Source: Minisyncoccota bacterium
GTDB taxonomy: Bacteria > Patescibacteriota > Minisyncoccia > Phycocordibacterales > UBA9973
DNA length: 64,000 nucleotides
Assembly: GCA_036405895.1 (NCBI GenBank)
Contig: DASWWS010000002.1
Location: 124,029 to 188,028, forward strand
Direction of reading: 5' to 3'
The position numbers and the translations under genes were made by a program. Positions 55,672 through 64,000 of this stretch are shown piece after piece. The notes beneath the pieces were generated by a model. That model had not been told where the DNA came from. It did no database searches and was given only the letters and a program-made list of their open reading frames with translations. Every line of letters starts with the position of its first letter. The first letter of the stretch is position 1.

Positions 55672-56445
55672 TTAACAGTTCAATTCAATAATGTAAGCAT
55701 CTCCTGGATTAAGATAAAAGTCTGTTGCACCACCTGGCAAAGGAACAGGAGACCATCCTGGCAAGCAACTAATGTCAGACGAGGTGATGTTATAGCTGCC
55801 CGGGTCCACTTGATATACATCCGACATACCCATATTGGTTCCTAACGGTAATTCGATAGTATACATATTCGCATTATCACTGTTGCGAATAACTACATTA
55901 GTTCCAACCTGCATTGATCCGTTAACATACAGTCTCACAACCGTTTCAACAGTAGCAACAGGAGGGGGCGGAGGAGGTATTACGGTTACAGTTGAATCAC
56001 ATAATACAAGTGTTCCCGATTCATCAGCGCAAACACCCGCATTTATAGGGTTGGCTAGTTGAGCGCTTTGTACTGTATATACAGTGTTGGCGACTCCCCC
56101 AGAAATAGCAACATGCGCCATTGCGCCATCTGCACCAAATTCCACCGTTCCCCGCTGCTCAGTAGGATTACCCCCTCGAAGTGCTCCAGTAAAAAATGAT
56201 TGACCATCAATCTGTGCGTCTGCCATCGCCATAAACCATCCACCCAAGGAAAGTGAACCCTCCTTGATCTGGTCAGCACTACCGCTCGTAATTACAGTCG
56301 GCGCATTATTGTTAGGGAACGAAGCGCTTGGTCCTGTATAAGAATTGGAAGGTGTCCCCCAACTTGCGTGGGCATAGCTTGCAAGTGTCGCCAAAACAAT
56401 GCCGAAAGCGATATATTTAAGGTTGGTGAGGAGTGTTTTTTTCAT
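55672..56445 (-). CDS. Secreted paralog family member 2 (257 aa)
   Basis: Identical N-terminus (nucleotide-identical start and upstream junction to member 3). C-terminal domain ~80% identical to member 3, ending ...IELNC. Confidence 0.55.
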   Translation of the reverse strand: MKKTLLTNLKYIAFGIVLATLASYAHASWGTPSNSYTGPSASFPNNNAPTVITSGSADQIKEGSLSLGGWFMAMADAQIDGQSFFTGALRGGNPTEQRGTVEFGADGAMAHVAISGGVANTVYTVQSAQLANPINAGVCADESGTLVLCDSTVTVIPPPPPPVATVETVVRLYVNGSMQVGTNVVIRNSDNANMYTIELPLGTNMGMSDVYQVDPGSYNITSSDISCLPGWSPVPLPGGATDFYLNPGDAYIIELNC

Positions 56446-56449
56446 ATAA

Positions 56450-57187
56450 TTAACAGTTCAAGGTAATAATAACGTGCTCTCCTTCATTAAGGACAAAGTC
56501 TGTTGCAGCACCGGGCAAAGGAACAGGAGACCATGTCGGCAAGCAACTAATGTCAGACGAGGTGATGTTATAGCTGCCCGGGTCGACACGATATGGATTT
56601 GACATACCCATATTGCTTCCTATTGGAAGCTCGATGTTGTACATATTCGCATTATTACTGTTGCGAATAACTACATTAGTTCCCACCTGGTTTGTATTGT
56701 CGACATAAAGACTGACTTGGCCATATGGAGTTTGAGAGGGTGGTGGTACTGCCGGAGGTTGGGGCGCCTGATCTCCGCAAAGAAAGAATGTTCCGTCTTG
56801 ATTTGCGCATACCGGCTTTTTTCCTCCCCCTGAAGCGAGCGAGTTTGATTGTATTGTCCCTTTTGTACTGATAGAACCGTTGATCAGTGCGTTTACTTTA
56901 TAACTTGAGTCTCCAACAGCAACAGTACTAGTGCCGTTTCCTTGTATGTTACCCCCCGTTATCACTCCTTTAACAAAAGTGTCCTGACTGAAAAGTGCGC
57001 TTCCGCGACCATAAAATGTCCCAACAGAAAGTCCTCCTGTCTTATCTTGATTAATTGCCGTGATATTAAGCGGTGCGTCAGTATTTGCACCAAATGCACC
57101 AGTTGTCGGAGGGGTATATGCAGAAACCACTCCTGCAACACCGAGCAAGATTCCAAGTGCAATAAGGCGATAGTAGGTGGTTTTCAT
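56450..57187 (-). CDS. Secreted paralog family member 3
   Basis: Start moved to MKTTYYRLIALGILLG. C-terminal VGTNVVIRNSNNANMYNIELP...SSDISCLPTWSPVPLPGAATDF...ITLNC. Confidence 0.55.
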   Translation of the reverse strand: MKTTYYRLIALGILLGVAGVVSAYTPPTTGAFGANTDAPLNITAINQDKTGGLSVGTFYGRGSALFSQDTFVKGVITGGNIQGNGTSTVAVGDSSYKVNALINGSISTKGTIQSNSLASGGGKKPVCANQDGTFFLCGDQAPQPPAVPPPSQTPYGQVSLYVDNTNQVGTNVVIRNSNNANMYNIELPIGSNMGMSNPYRVDPGSYNITSSDISCLPTWSPVPLPGAATDFVLNEGEHVIITLNC

Positions 57188-57188
57188 A

Positions 57189-57521
57189 TTACTGGTTAAA
57201 ACTGTTAAGCATTTGTAATCGATCACTTGAAGTTGTCGTTGTCGGCGTAGAAGTAGATCCAAGAAGTTGTCCTTGTGCATACGTGTTCTGTACGTCTTCA
57301 TTTACGGGAAGAGAAGATTCTCTCAACCGCTCGAGGACACCTTCCGGGGTCTTCTCTTTTTGCTTTGCAATAAAATACCATACCCCCAAAAGAATCAACA
57401 CAATAACCAAAATAATAGCAATCATGGTGCGCTGTTTTTTCTGGTCGTAATCACTGGGAACACCGTGCTCTTCAAGAACGCGAGGGTTATAGTTATTGTT
57501 TTGTGCAACAGATGTGGGCAT
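57189..57521 (-). CDS. Small single-TM protein
   Basis: 110 aa, central TM helix, Thr-rich C-terminus. Confidence 0.4.
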   Translation of the reverse strand: MPTSVAQNNNYNPRVLEEHGVPSDYDQKKQRTMIAIILVIVLILLGVWYFIAKQKEKTPEGVLERLRESSLPVNEDVQNTYAQGQLLGSTSTPTTTTSSDRLQMLNSFNQ

Positions 57522-57534
57522 GATGATAAATATA

Positions 57535-59019
57535 CTAGAATTCTATGAATATTGGCTTCTTTTTCTCGATTGCAACTGTAGCCGCCGCTTCGCTTCCACA
57601 TTGTACCGTGACAGAGGTTATTGCGGGAGGAACTATAATGTCGCTCATTATGCTCCATATACCACTGTTGCCTTGCTGCACCAGGTTTACAGTACGAGTG
57701 CTCGCACCCCATGTAATATTACAACTTGCGCCTGCACCGATGCGAGAAATGATAATTCGCTGTCGACTTCCTGGGGTGGTACCAACCGGACAAGCAGAGA
57801 GGCCGCCAGCCGGAATAGGAGAACCATCAGGACAGTATGGATCATGGGCAACTCCATCACATCCCGTACAATTTGGACCAGGATCAGGAAGAACAGTAAT
57901 GGTTGTTTTTACACACATTCCTCCTTCGAGAATATAGCCGGTAGGAATCGTCTGTTGTGCACCGTCGATATTAGGACACATATCGTCTTGAACACAATTA
58001 GCACCTGATGCCGTGTATCCGTACGGGATGGTTGTCTGCGTACCGTCTATGTTTGCACACATATCAGGCGGTGTTATTTCACAACTAAAGCTTGTACTCA
58101 CCGCATCTGAGAAAAATGGTGCAGTTGCAGGACTTCGGGAGTGCGCCCATGCACCATAGCTCGCTCCTGGAATGCCGGCGGTAGTATAGCTCGTTGCGGC
58201 CCCTTCCCAACAGCTGTCTCCTGGATTATTACAAGGACCTGCACCTTCTTCCCATCCGTTTGCAAGATTATTAACACGGAAACTGTACCAATCGGCACCC
58301 GATACTGGAGCAACTGTTACAGTAATTTGATCTCCTGGAGCTGGACATGATGCAGTAATAGCAGGCACCGGAGGGCGGCACTGGAATGAAGGGTCAACAG
58401 TGGGCGCTCCCTGTGACCACACAGTCCCAGCCGGACAAGAGACACTTCCTACAGATCCATTCACACTTGTCCACCCTATCACTTCAGACCCCCATAGAGA
58501 GCCAGTGAGTGTGCGTGTCCCACCACTATCGGGCCCCAGTGTAAGGCCGTACCCGCTTCCCGAAAGGGAAAGAAAGCCATCCCAGTCTCCCAAATAAGCA
58601 TTATTTGCCAAGGCACCACTACACCCTGAAGCAAAAACAGAACAAGCGCGAGCCCATCCTTTTATTCCATATGATCCGTCAGGACCTGGATATGCCAAGT
58701 CTACATAGGCGCCTTGCGTGCAGCCACTCGTCGGACATCCAGCCGGAGAAAAAGTGATCCATCCGATATTTGAAGACCACGCGGTCCCTGAAATAGCTCC
58801 ACTTGCCGGATCAACAGAAACGCCATAGTCAGAACCGGTACAGGAGGAGGTATTGGTTGGGTCAGTACAGTTATTGAGCGATATCCACCCGATATTTGAA
58901 GACCACATATTCCCACTTGCATTGCTATTGGTACCAGCGCGCAATGATGATGCAGCAAAGAGCGCAAGAGTGGTCATAGTGGCGAGAGCGATGAGAAGTA
59001 CTTTGGTGCGAGTCTTCAT
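57535..59019 (-). CDS. Large secreted Cys-rich protein with 'AWSSNIGWI(S/T)(L/F)' repeats and 'C-x-NIDG-x-QTTIP-x-GY' repeats
   Basis: Start moved to MKTRTKVLLIALATMTT, a signal peptide. Repeats MWSSNIGWISL, AWSSNIGWITF, MCANIDGTQTTIPYGY and MCPNIDGAQQTIPTGY seen directly. Confidence 0.55.
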   Translation of the reverse strand: MKTRTKVLLIALATMTTLALFAASSLRAGTNSNASGNMWSSNIGWISLNNCTDPTNTSSCTGSDYGVSVDPASGAISGTAWSSNIGWITFSPAGCPTSGCTQGAYVDLAYPGPDGSYGIKGWARACSVFASGCSGALANNAYLGDWDGFLSLSGSGYGLTLGPDSGGTRTLTGSLWGSEVIGWTSVNGSVGSVSCPAGTVWSQGAPTVDPSFQCRPPVPAITASCPAPGDQITVTVAPVSGADWYSFRVNNLANGWEEGAGPCNNPGDSCWEGAATSYTTAGIPGASYGAWAHSRSPATAPFFSDAVSTSFSCEITPPDMCANIDGTQTTIPYGYTASGANCVQDDMCPNIDGAQQTIPTGYILEGGMCVKTTITVLPDPGPNCTGCDGVAHDPYCPDGSPIPAGGLSACPVGTTPGSRQRIIISRIGAGASCNITWGASTRTVNLVQQGNSGIWSIMSDIIVPPAITSVTVQCGSEAAATVAIEKKKPIFIEF

Positions 59020-59208
59020 GAATACATAGAGTATAGTGCACATACGACAACACGTGCAAGCGTTGTAAAGAAAATGTGTGGATAAAAAGTTTTTCTCCTC
59101 TGTCTTGCGTCCTGTAGCGAGTATGCTATACATATATATGTACATGTCCCGGGCACACCTATGGGGCATTTTTAGTAAATTAGTAGGACAAAATAATAAC
59201 AATCACAT

Positions 59209-60501
59209 ATGTTAGACATCAAAGCATTAAAATTAGCACTCGAACAATTGGAAACTGAACGCCGCATCGGCCGCGACAAGCTCGTCGATGCGATCGAGCA
59301 GTCACTCGCAGCAGCGTATAAGAAAGAATACGGCAAAAAGGGCCAGGTCATCCGCGCGATGATCGACCTTGATGCAGGCGCTGTTTCATTTGAACAAGTA
59401 AAGACCGTTGTTGACGACACGCTCGTGCGCTTTTTGGCAGAAGACGAGGAGATTGCAGAAGACGATACAGATCTTCGCGAGCGCTTCAACGAAGAGAAGC
59501 ATATTCTTCTCGACGACGCCCAGATGATTAAAGCTGGCGCCACTATCGGCGACGAGCTAGTATTCACTCTCGAACCAAAAGACGATTTTGGCCGCATTGC
59601 TGCACAAACTGCAAAGCAAGTCATCATGCAGCGCATCCGCGAAGCGGAACGCACCAGCATCATGGAAGAGTTCGGCGGAAAAGAAGGCGATATTATCTCA
59701 GGCTACATTCAAAAAGTTGACCGAGGAAGCGTATTCGTGGACTTCAACCGCGCAACAGGCATTATCCCGATTAGCGAGCAGATTCCCGGCGAGCGCTACG
59801 TTCGCGGTGCCCGCATTCGAGCATACCTCTACCATGTCGAAGACACTCCTCGCGGAATCACCCTTCGCCTCTCCCGCACTCATCCAAAATTCCTCGAAAA
59901 GCTCTTTGCGCTTGAAAGCCCAGAAGTTGCAAGCGGCGTAGTTGAAATCAAAGCAATTGCTCGCGAACCAGGAAGTCGTTCGAAAATTGCTGTATGGACA
60001 GACGACGCAAACATTGACCCAGTTGGTTCATGTGTAGGCCAGAAAGGTGTGCGCGTTTCAACTGTAATGAACGAGCTCGGGGGTGAAAAAATCGATATCA
60101 TCGAATGGTCTCCTGAGACTGCAGAGTTCGTGCAGAAGTCTCTCTCACCTGCGAGAGTACTCGACCTTGAGCTCAACGATGAAGAACACAAAGTAAGCGT
60201 TGAAGTTACTCCCGACCAACTCTCTCTTGCAATCGGTAAGGGTGGACAAAACGTGCGCCTTGCAGCAAAGCTCACTGGCTGGAAAATCGACATCAAGGGC
60301 TCTGAAGCAGAGGTAACCGAAGAGAGTGAAAGCACAGAGGGCGACGACTTTGTTTCACTCAAAGATCTCGCCGTGTCTGACACGGCAACAGAAGAATCTT
60401 CTGAAGAAGTTGCAGAAGAAACTGTAACAGAAGCTGAACCAGTTGCAGAAGAAACAACTGAAAAAGTTGCTGACGAAGTATCAGAAGAAGAATCAAAATA
60501 A
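59209..60501 (+). CDS. nusA: transcription termination/antitermination factor NusA
   Basis: N-terminal domain, S1 domain (GIIPISEQIPGERY), two KH domains, and an acidic C-terminal tail. Confidence 0.9.
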   Translation: MLDIKALKLALEQLETERRIGRDKLVDAIEQSLAAAYKKEYGKKGQVIRAMIDLDAGAVSFEQVKTVVDDTLVRFLAEDEEIAEDDTDLRERFNEEKHILLDDAQMIKAGATIGDELVFTLEPKDDFGRIAAQTAKQVIMQRIREAERTSIMEEFGGKEGDIISGYIQKVDRGSVFVDFNRATGIIPISEQIPGERYVRGARIRAYLYHVEDTPRGITLRLSRTHPKFLEKLFALESPEVASGVVEIKAIAREPGSRSKIAVWTDDANIDPVGSCVGQKGVRVSTVMNELGGEKIDIIEWSPETAEFVQKSLSPARVLDLELNDEEHKVSVEVTPDQLSLAIGKGGQNVRLAAKLTGWKIDIKGSEAEVTEESESTEGDDFVSLKDLAVSDTATEESSEEVAEETVTEAEPVAEETTEKVADEVSEEESK

Positions 60502-60505
60502 TTCT

Positions 60506-61036
60506 ATGAATCTCCTTCACGAAATTACTGCAGGAAACAATGTGCCCGACATCATCAATGTCATCATTGAAATTCCAAAAGGTTCAAAAAATAAATACGA
60601 AATCGACAAGGAAACCGGCCTCATCATGCTCGACCGTGCAATGCACACGAGCCAAGACTATCCTTTCGACTACGGCTTCATGCCGCAAAGCCACTGGGAA
60701 GACGGCGACCCATTGGATGTTGTAGTCCTCACCACCTATCCGCTCGCGCCCGGCATCTTGGTAAAGGTTCGCCCAGTCGGGATTGTAAACATGATCGACG
60801 ACGGCGACTCTGATGCGAAGATCATCGCAGTGCCTGACAAGGATCCTCGATTCGACCATGTACAAGACCTCTCTGACGTAAACAAGCACACCATCAAAGA
60901 GATCGAGCATTTTTTTCTGACGTACAAACAAATTCAGAAGAAAGACGTTTCGATTGATGGAATCGGGAACAAGGCAGACGCTCAAGCTGCAATCCTCAAA
61001 AGCCAAGAACTCTACAAAGAAAAGTTTCAGAAATAA
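60506..61036 (+). CDS. ppa: inorganic pyrophosphatase
   Basis: EIPKGSKNKYEIDKETG and DGDPLDVVVL family motifs. Start moved to MNLLHEITAG. Confidence 0.9.
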   Translation: MNLLHEITAGNNVPDIINVIIEIPKGSKNKYEIDKETGLIMLDRAMHTSQDYPFDYGFMPQSHWEDGDPLDVVVLTTYPLAPGILVKVRPVGIVNMIDDGDSDAKIIAVPDKDPRFDHVQDLSDVNKHTIKEIEHFFLTYKQIQKKDVSIDGIGNKADAQAAILKSQELYKEKFQK

Positions 61037-61055
61037 TCAAACCAATAGGTTTATA

Positions 61056-61090
61056 CAAAAACGAGCAAGGACGGTCCTTGCTCGTTTTTG
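61056..61090. terminator. GGACGGTCC-core hairpin CAAAAACGAGCAAGGACGGTCCTTGCTCGTTTTTG
   Basis: Perfect inverted repeat flanked by A-run and T-run after ppa. Confidence 0.75.
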
Positions 61091-61171
61091 TATTACATAA
61101 GAAATCCCAGCAAAAGCAAGTAATACCCTTCCCTTTCGGTCGTCTCTATGCTATAAATACCTATATATAGT

Positions 61172-61630
61172 ATGAAATACCTTATTACTACATTCGCCCT
61201 TGTTATCGGCCTCATGGCACCAACGGTAACACTTGCACAAACAACCCAACCGGCTCCTGCCCCAACCCTTTTTGACGTTAATGCAAATGCGCCCCTTTCA
61301 GCGCGCAAGGTCTATGTTGAGACCAATCTCCGCGACCTTTTGACACAGCTAAGCGATATCCGCTTTCGCGTCCAGACAGCGAGCAATCGCCTTGCCCAAA
61401 ACGGCATTAACGTAAACGCATCGAATACAAGTCTCAATCTTGCGCACGCAGCGCTATTGACTGCACAAACAAATCTCGACATTTTTGCACAAACCCCTAT
61501 TGATGAAAGCCCTGCTACCGTTGCAACCCTTCGCGCACGTGCAAAGGCTGCTGAAGACTCCCTTAAAACAGCGCGCGCAAGCCTTATTGAAAGCATTGCA
61601 ACGCTCAAGCTTACGCTCAGCTCACAATAG
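61172..61630 (+). CDS. Secreted hypothetical protein
   Basis: Signal peptide MKYLITTFALVIGLMAPTVTLA. Helical, Ala/Leu-rich. Confidence 0.45.
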   Translation: MKYLITTFALVIGLMAPTVTLAQTTQPAPAPTLFDVNANAPLSARKVYVETNLRDLLTQLSDIRFRVQTASNRLAQNGINVNASNTSLNLAHAALLTAQTNLDIFAQTPIDESPATVATLRARAKAAEDSLKTARASLIESIATLKLTLSSQ

Positions 61631-61656
61631 CCAATACTGGGGTATACTAAGAGTAT

Positions 61657-61935
61657 ATGGATAACACAACTCTCGGCCACACCTCTTTCGAACATATCCC
61701 CCACGAAGTTTTGCACCCAAAACGCAAGACCAATCGCCTGTGGACCCTTGTTCTTATTCTTATAATACTCGGATTATTCGGAACATTTTGGTATATCAAG
61801 CGCGATGAAATCATGGCAACCCCCGCGGCCGTTGTTTCTGTTTCCCCGGCTACAGCAACTGAATCACCAAGCGTAACCGATCTTGAAAGCGACCTTGCGA
61901 ACACCACAATTGCGGACTTTCACGAGGTGCTCTAA
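61657..61935 (+). CDS. Small single-TM hypothetical protein
   Basis: 92 aa with one TM helix. Confidence 0.4.
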   Translation: MDNTTLGHTSFEHIPHEVLHPKRKTNRLWTLVLILIILGLFGTFWYIKRDEIMATPAAVVSVSPATATESPSVTDLESDLANTTIADFHEVL

Positions 61936-61989
61936 GAGATTTTTCATACCCTCGTCATAGCGGAGTGCCTGTGTTAGAATGCCCCCACT

Positions 61990-63039
61990 ATGGCTACAGA
62001 AAAACAATACACAATCGAAACAACCAAACTTCCCGGAAGCCTTGTCGAAATGAAAGGCGAATTGTCTTGGGAGGCATTTTCAGCATTTGAAGATAAAACA
62101 TTTAAAGACATTGCAAGCCAGCTCGCTGTAGACGGATTCCGCAAAGGAAATGTTCCTGAAGCGGTTGCAAAGAAGCATATCGACGACGACATGTTGCTTG
62201 CTGAAATGGCACAACGCGCTATGGAGGAGTACTATCCAGAAATCGTGAAGGAACAAAAGCTCGACCTCATCGGACGCCCCGACCTTTCTATTACCAAACT
62301 CGCCCGCGGTAATGCGCTTGGTTTTACTATTCGCGCTGCAGTACTTCCTGATATCACTTTGCCTGACTACAAGGTACTTGCAAAAAAAGCATCTCCTGTT
62401 GAAACAGTAGAAACAACAGAAGAAGATATCGACAAAGTTGTTGAAGACCTCCGCCACATGCGCGCATACGGACACGTGCACAAAGGCGAAGACGCCCACA
62501 CTCACGGCCACACCGAAGAGCTTCCTGAAGTGAATGATGAATTTGCAAAATCATTCGGAAGTTTTGAAACGGTTGCATCAATGCGCGAAAAAATCCGCGA
62601 AAACATCACCCGTGAAAAAGGCCAAGAAGCGCAAGATAAACGCCGCATTGCGATCATGGAGAGTATTATCGCCGAGACATCATTTGATGTTCCTGACCTG
62701 GTGCTCAAAAGCGAACAGGAAAAAATGCTCTCTCAAATCGAAGCCGATGTAGCGCGCGCAGGATTTACCCTCGACGCGTACCTTACCCAAAGCCAGAAAA
62801 CAAAAGAAGGATTGCTTGAAGAATTCAAGCCCGAAGCCGAGAAGCGCGCGCGCTTCCAGCTCGTGATTAATGCAATTGCACGTGACGCAAAGATCATGCC
62901 AACAGATGAAGAAGTTGAGAAAGAAGCGGACCGCATGATGGCAACCTACCCCGGCGCCGACAAGGCCCGCGCCATGGCCTACGCTGACATGCTCCTAACC
63001 AACGAGCAGACACTCTCCCTTCTGGAGTCCGAAAAATAA
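61990..63039 (+). CDS. tig: trigger factor, apparently lacking the central FKBP-type PPIase domain
   Basis: N-terminal ribosome-binding signature GFRKGNVP. tig-clpP synteny. 349 aa instead of ~430. The N-domain runs directly into a C-domain-like helical region. His-rich segment HVHKGEDAHTHGHTEE. Confidence 0.75.
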   Translation: MATEKQYTIETTKLPGSLVEMKGELSWEAFSAFEDKTFKDIASQLAVDGFRKGNVPEAVAKKHIDDDMLLAEMAQRAMEEYYPEIVKEQKLDLIGRPDLSITKLARGNALGFTIRAAVLPDITLPDYKVLAKKASPVETVETTEEDIDKVVEDLRHMRAYGHVHKGEDAHTHGHTEELPEVNDEFAKSFGSFETVASMREKIRENITREKGQEAQDKRRIAIMESIIAETSFDVPDLVLKSEQEKMLSQIEADVARAGFTLDAYLTQSQKTKEGLLEEFKPEAEKRARFQLVINAIARDAKIMPTDEEVEKEADRMMATYPGADKARAMAYADMLLTNEQTLSLLESEK

Positions 63040-63043
63040 AATA

Positions 63044-63075
63044 AAAAGGCCCCCGCTCACGCGGGGGTTTTTTGT
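63044..63075 (+). terminator. Intrinsic terminator AAAAAGGCCCCCGCTCACGCGGGGGTTTTTTG
   Basis: Strong GC hairpin plus T-run after tig. Confidence 0.85.
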
Positions 63076-63398
63076 TAATTGAATGCCGGAGTAAGTTCTT
63101 CACATTTTTTCCAGGCAACAATTACATGATCTTTTCGTTTTCGCTTCAATATCCGATTACATAAACGATGCAATCCTTGTGCTCGATGAGGTGAACGGGC
63201 TATAAGAGCAGCGAATAGCATTTTCACTCTAATGCAATACTGCGTTCCACTTTCACATTCTTCACTAATAACAGTAATTGATCGCAGTGCCTGAGCAAGT
63301 TTGAAGGGAATAATTTTTTTAAGAGCTGGGAGGGCGCATGAAACGTTTATCGTCCGTTCGCTTGCAGGTAGTTCTTTCATATAAAAGGGTTTCATCAC
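63075..63398 (-). CDS. Hypothetical protein (107 aa) antisense between tig and clpP
   Basis: ORF-track only. Basic, with no family recognised. Confidence 0.25.
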   Translation of the reverse strand: MMKPFYMKELPASERTINVSCALPALKKIIPFKLAQALRSITVISEECESGTQYCIRVKMLFAALIARSPHRAQGLHRLCNRILKRKRKDHVIVAWKKCEELTPAFN

Positions 63399-63522
63399 AG
63401 TCTAGTACACATTTTCCAATAGTCAATAGAGCTTCCGATTTTTATAAAAAATCGCTATAGTACAGGAGTCAGCATTCAGTCATTGCCGCATTCCCTTTTT
63501 AGTTTTAATTTATTTTCACACC

Positions 63523-64000
63523 ATGTTAATCCCAACCGTTATCGAAAAAACAGTCGGCGGCGAGCGCGCCTACGACATCTACTCACGCCTACTTAAGGAC
63601 CGCATTATTTTTCTTGGAGGGCCGATTGATGACCACACCGCAAACCTTGTTATTGCACAACTTCTCTTTTTGACCAACGAAGACTCCAAAAAAGATATTT
63701 ACCTCTATATCAATTCTCCAGGAGGAGTTATTACATCCGGCATGGCCATTTATGACACCATGCAATTCATCAAACCCGACGTAGCAACTATTTGCATCGG
63801 TATGGCGGCATCAATGGGGGCATTTCTCCTTGCAGGAGGGGCCAAAGGAAAGCGCTTTGCACTTCCAAATTCTGAAATTATGATTCACCAGCCATCCGGA
63901 GGCGCCGAAGGTCAGGCAACTGATATCGAAATCAGCGCGAAGCGCATTTTGAAAATGCGTTCAAAACTCAATCAGATTATGGCAAAAAATACTGGCCAAA
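63523..64000 (+). CDS. clpP: ATP-dependent Clp protease proteolytic subunit ClpP (3' partial, continues past the window)
   Basis: Hand-translated [37 protein letters not shown]...[14 protein letters not shown] (catalytic Ser region)...MIHQPSGG (catalytic His). Confidence 0.9.
   Translation, partial: MLIPTVIEKTVGGERAYDIYSRLLKDRIIFLGGPIDDHTANLVIAQLLFLTNEDSKKDIYLYINSPGGVITSGMAIYDTMQFIKPDVATICIGMAASMGAFLLAGGAKGKRFALPNSEIMIHQPSGGAEGQATDIEISAKRILKMRSKLNQIMAKNTGQ

Noticed and set aside
59172-59663. 163-aa minus-strand Ser-rich ORF
   Set aside because: It is antisense to nusA. Its compositionally biased translation reflects the complement of acidic NusA codons.
1-64000. Screened for CRISPR arrays, integrase or transposase genes and IS inverted repeats
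   Set aside because: No short direct-repeat/spacer arrays and no recombinase-like ORFs were seen on either strand. The repeat families present are the tRNA-linked modules, the 135-bp intergenic repeats, the GGACNGTCC-core hairpins, the 85-bp tandem repeats and the pilin or secreted-paralog gene duplications.

Overview
The window is a 64 kb, ~48% GC bacterial chromosomal segment whose gene content strongly suggests a Candidate Phyla Radiation (Patescibacteria/Parcubacteria-like) organism. The ribosomal clusters are nearly complete but lack L30 and L29, the 5' leaders are short or absent, and prepilin-type pilins are abundant.

The backbone, in window order:
- recG, ftsH, smpB next to a hand-identified ssrA (tmRNA), truB, and infC-rpmI-rplT.
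- map-adk-secY, followed by the spc and S10 ribosomal-protein operons (rplO through rpsJ). dgkA and one hypothetical gene are inserted inside these operons.
- tuf, fusA, rpsG, rpsL, an M50 (site-2) protease, rpmB, a ComEC split into two genes with a sodA-like gene between them, and rnhA.
- A divergent recJ/hit pair, pgk, tpiA, a full type IV pilus operon (pilB, pilC, three pseudopilins, a putative tip protein), nusA, ppa, tig and a partial clpP.

Non-coding and accessory content I could support:
- Two type-II tRNA genes: a canonical tRNA-Ser(GCU), and a Ser-like tRNA whose apparent anticodon is ACU, which is unusual.
- Each of these tRNAs is followed by a homologous ~190-nt structured module. 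The modules are bounded by a copy of the tRNA 3' end, and their hairpins show compensatory substitutions between the two copies.
- tRNA-Ile(UAU), with a 5' fragment of itself duplicated 50 bp upstream.
- A left-end cassette-like array carrying a nucleotidyltransferase, a WGR-domain protein and a TGS1-like methyltransferase. The genes are separated by 135-bp repeats that also contain tRNA-3'-end-like cores.
- A dispersed family of at least 11 terminator hairpins sharing a GGACNGTCC core.
- Tandem 85-bp repeats between smpB and ssrA.

The stretch most likely to hold an undescribed system lies upstream of the pilus operon. It is a tandem array of three secreted paralogs with identical signal peptides and gene junctions, plus Cys-rich proteins carrying an 'AWSxNxGWIxF' repeat. 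A paralogous repeat protein sits next to the M50 protease.

No CRISPR array, integrase or transposase was seen in the window.
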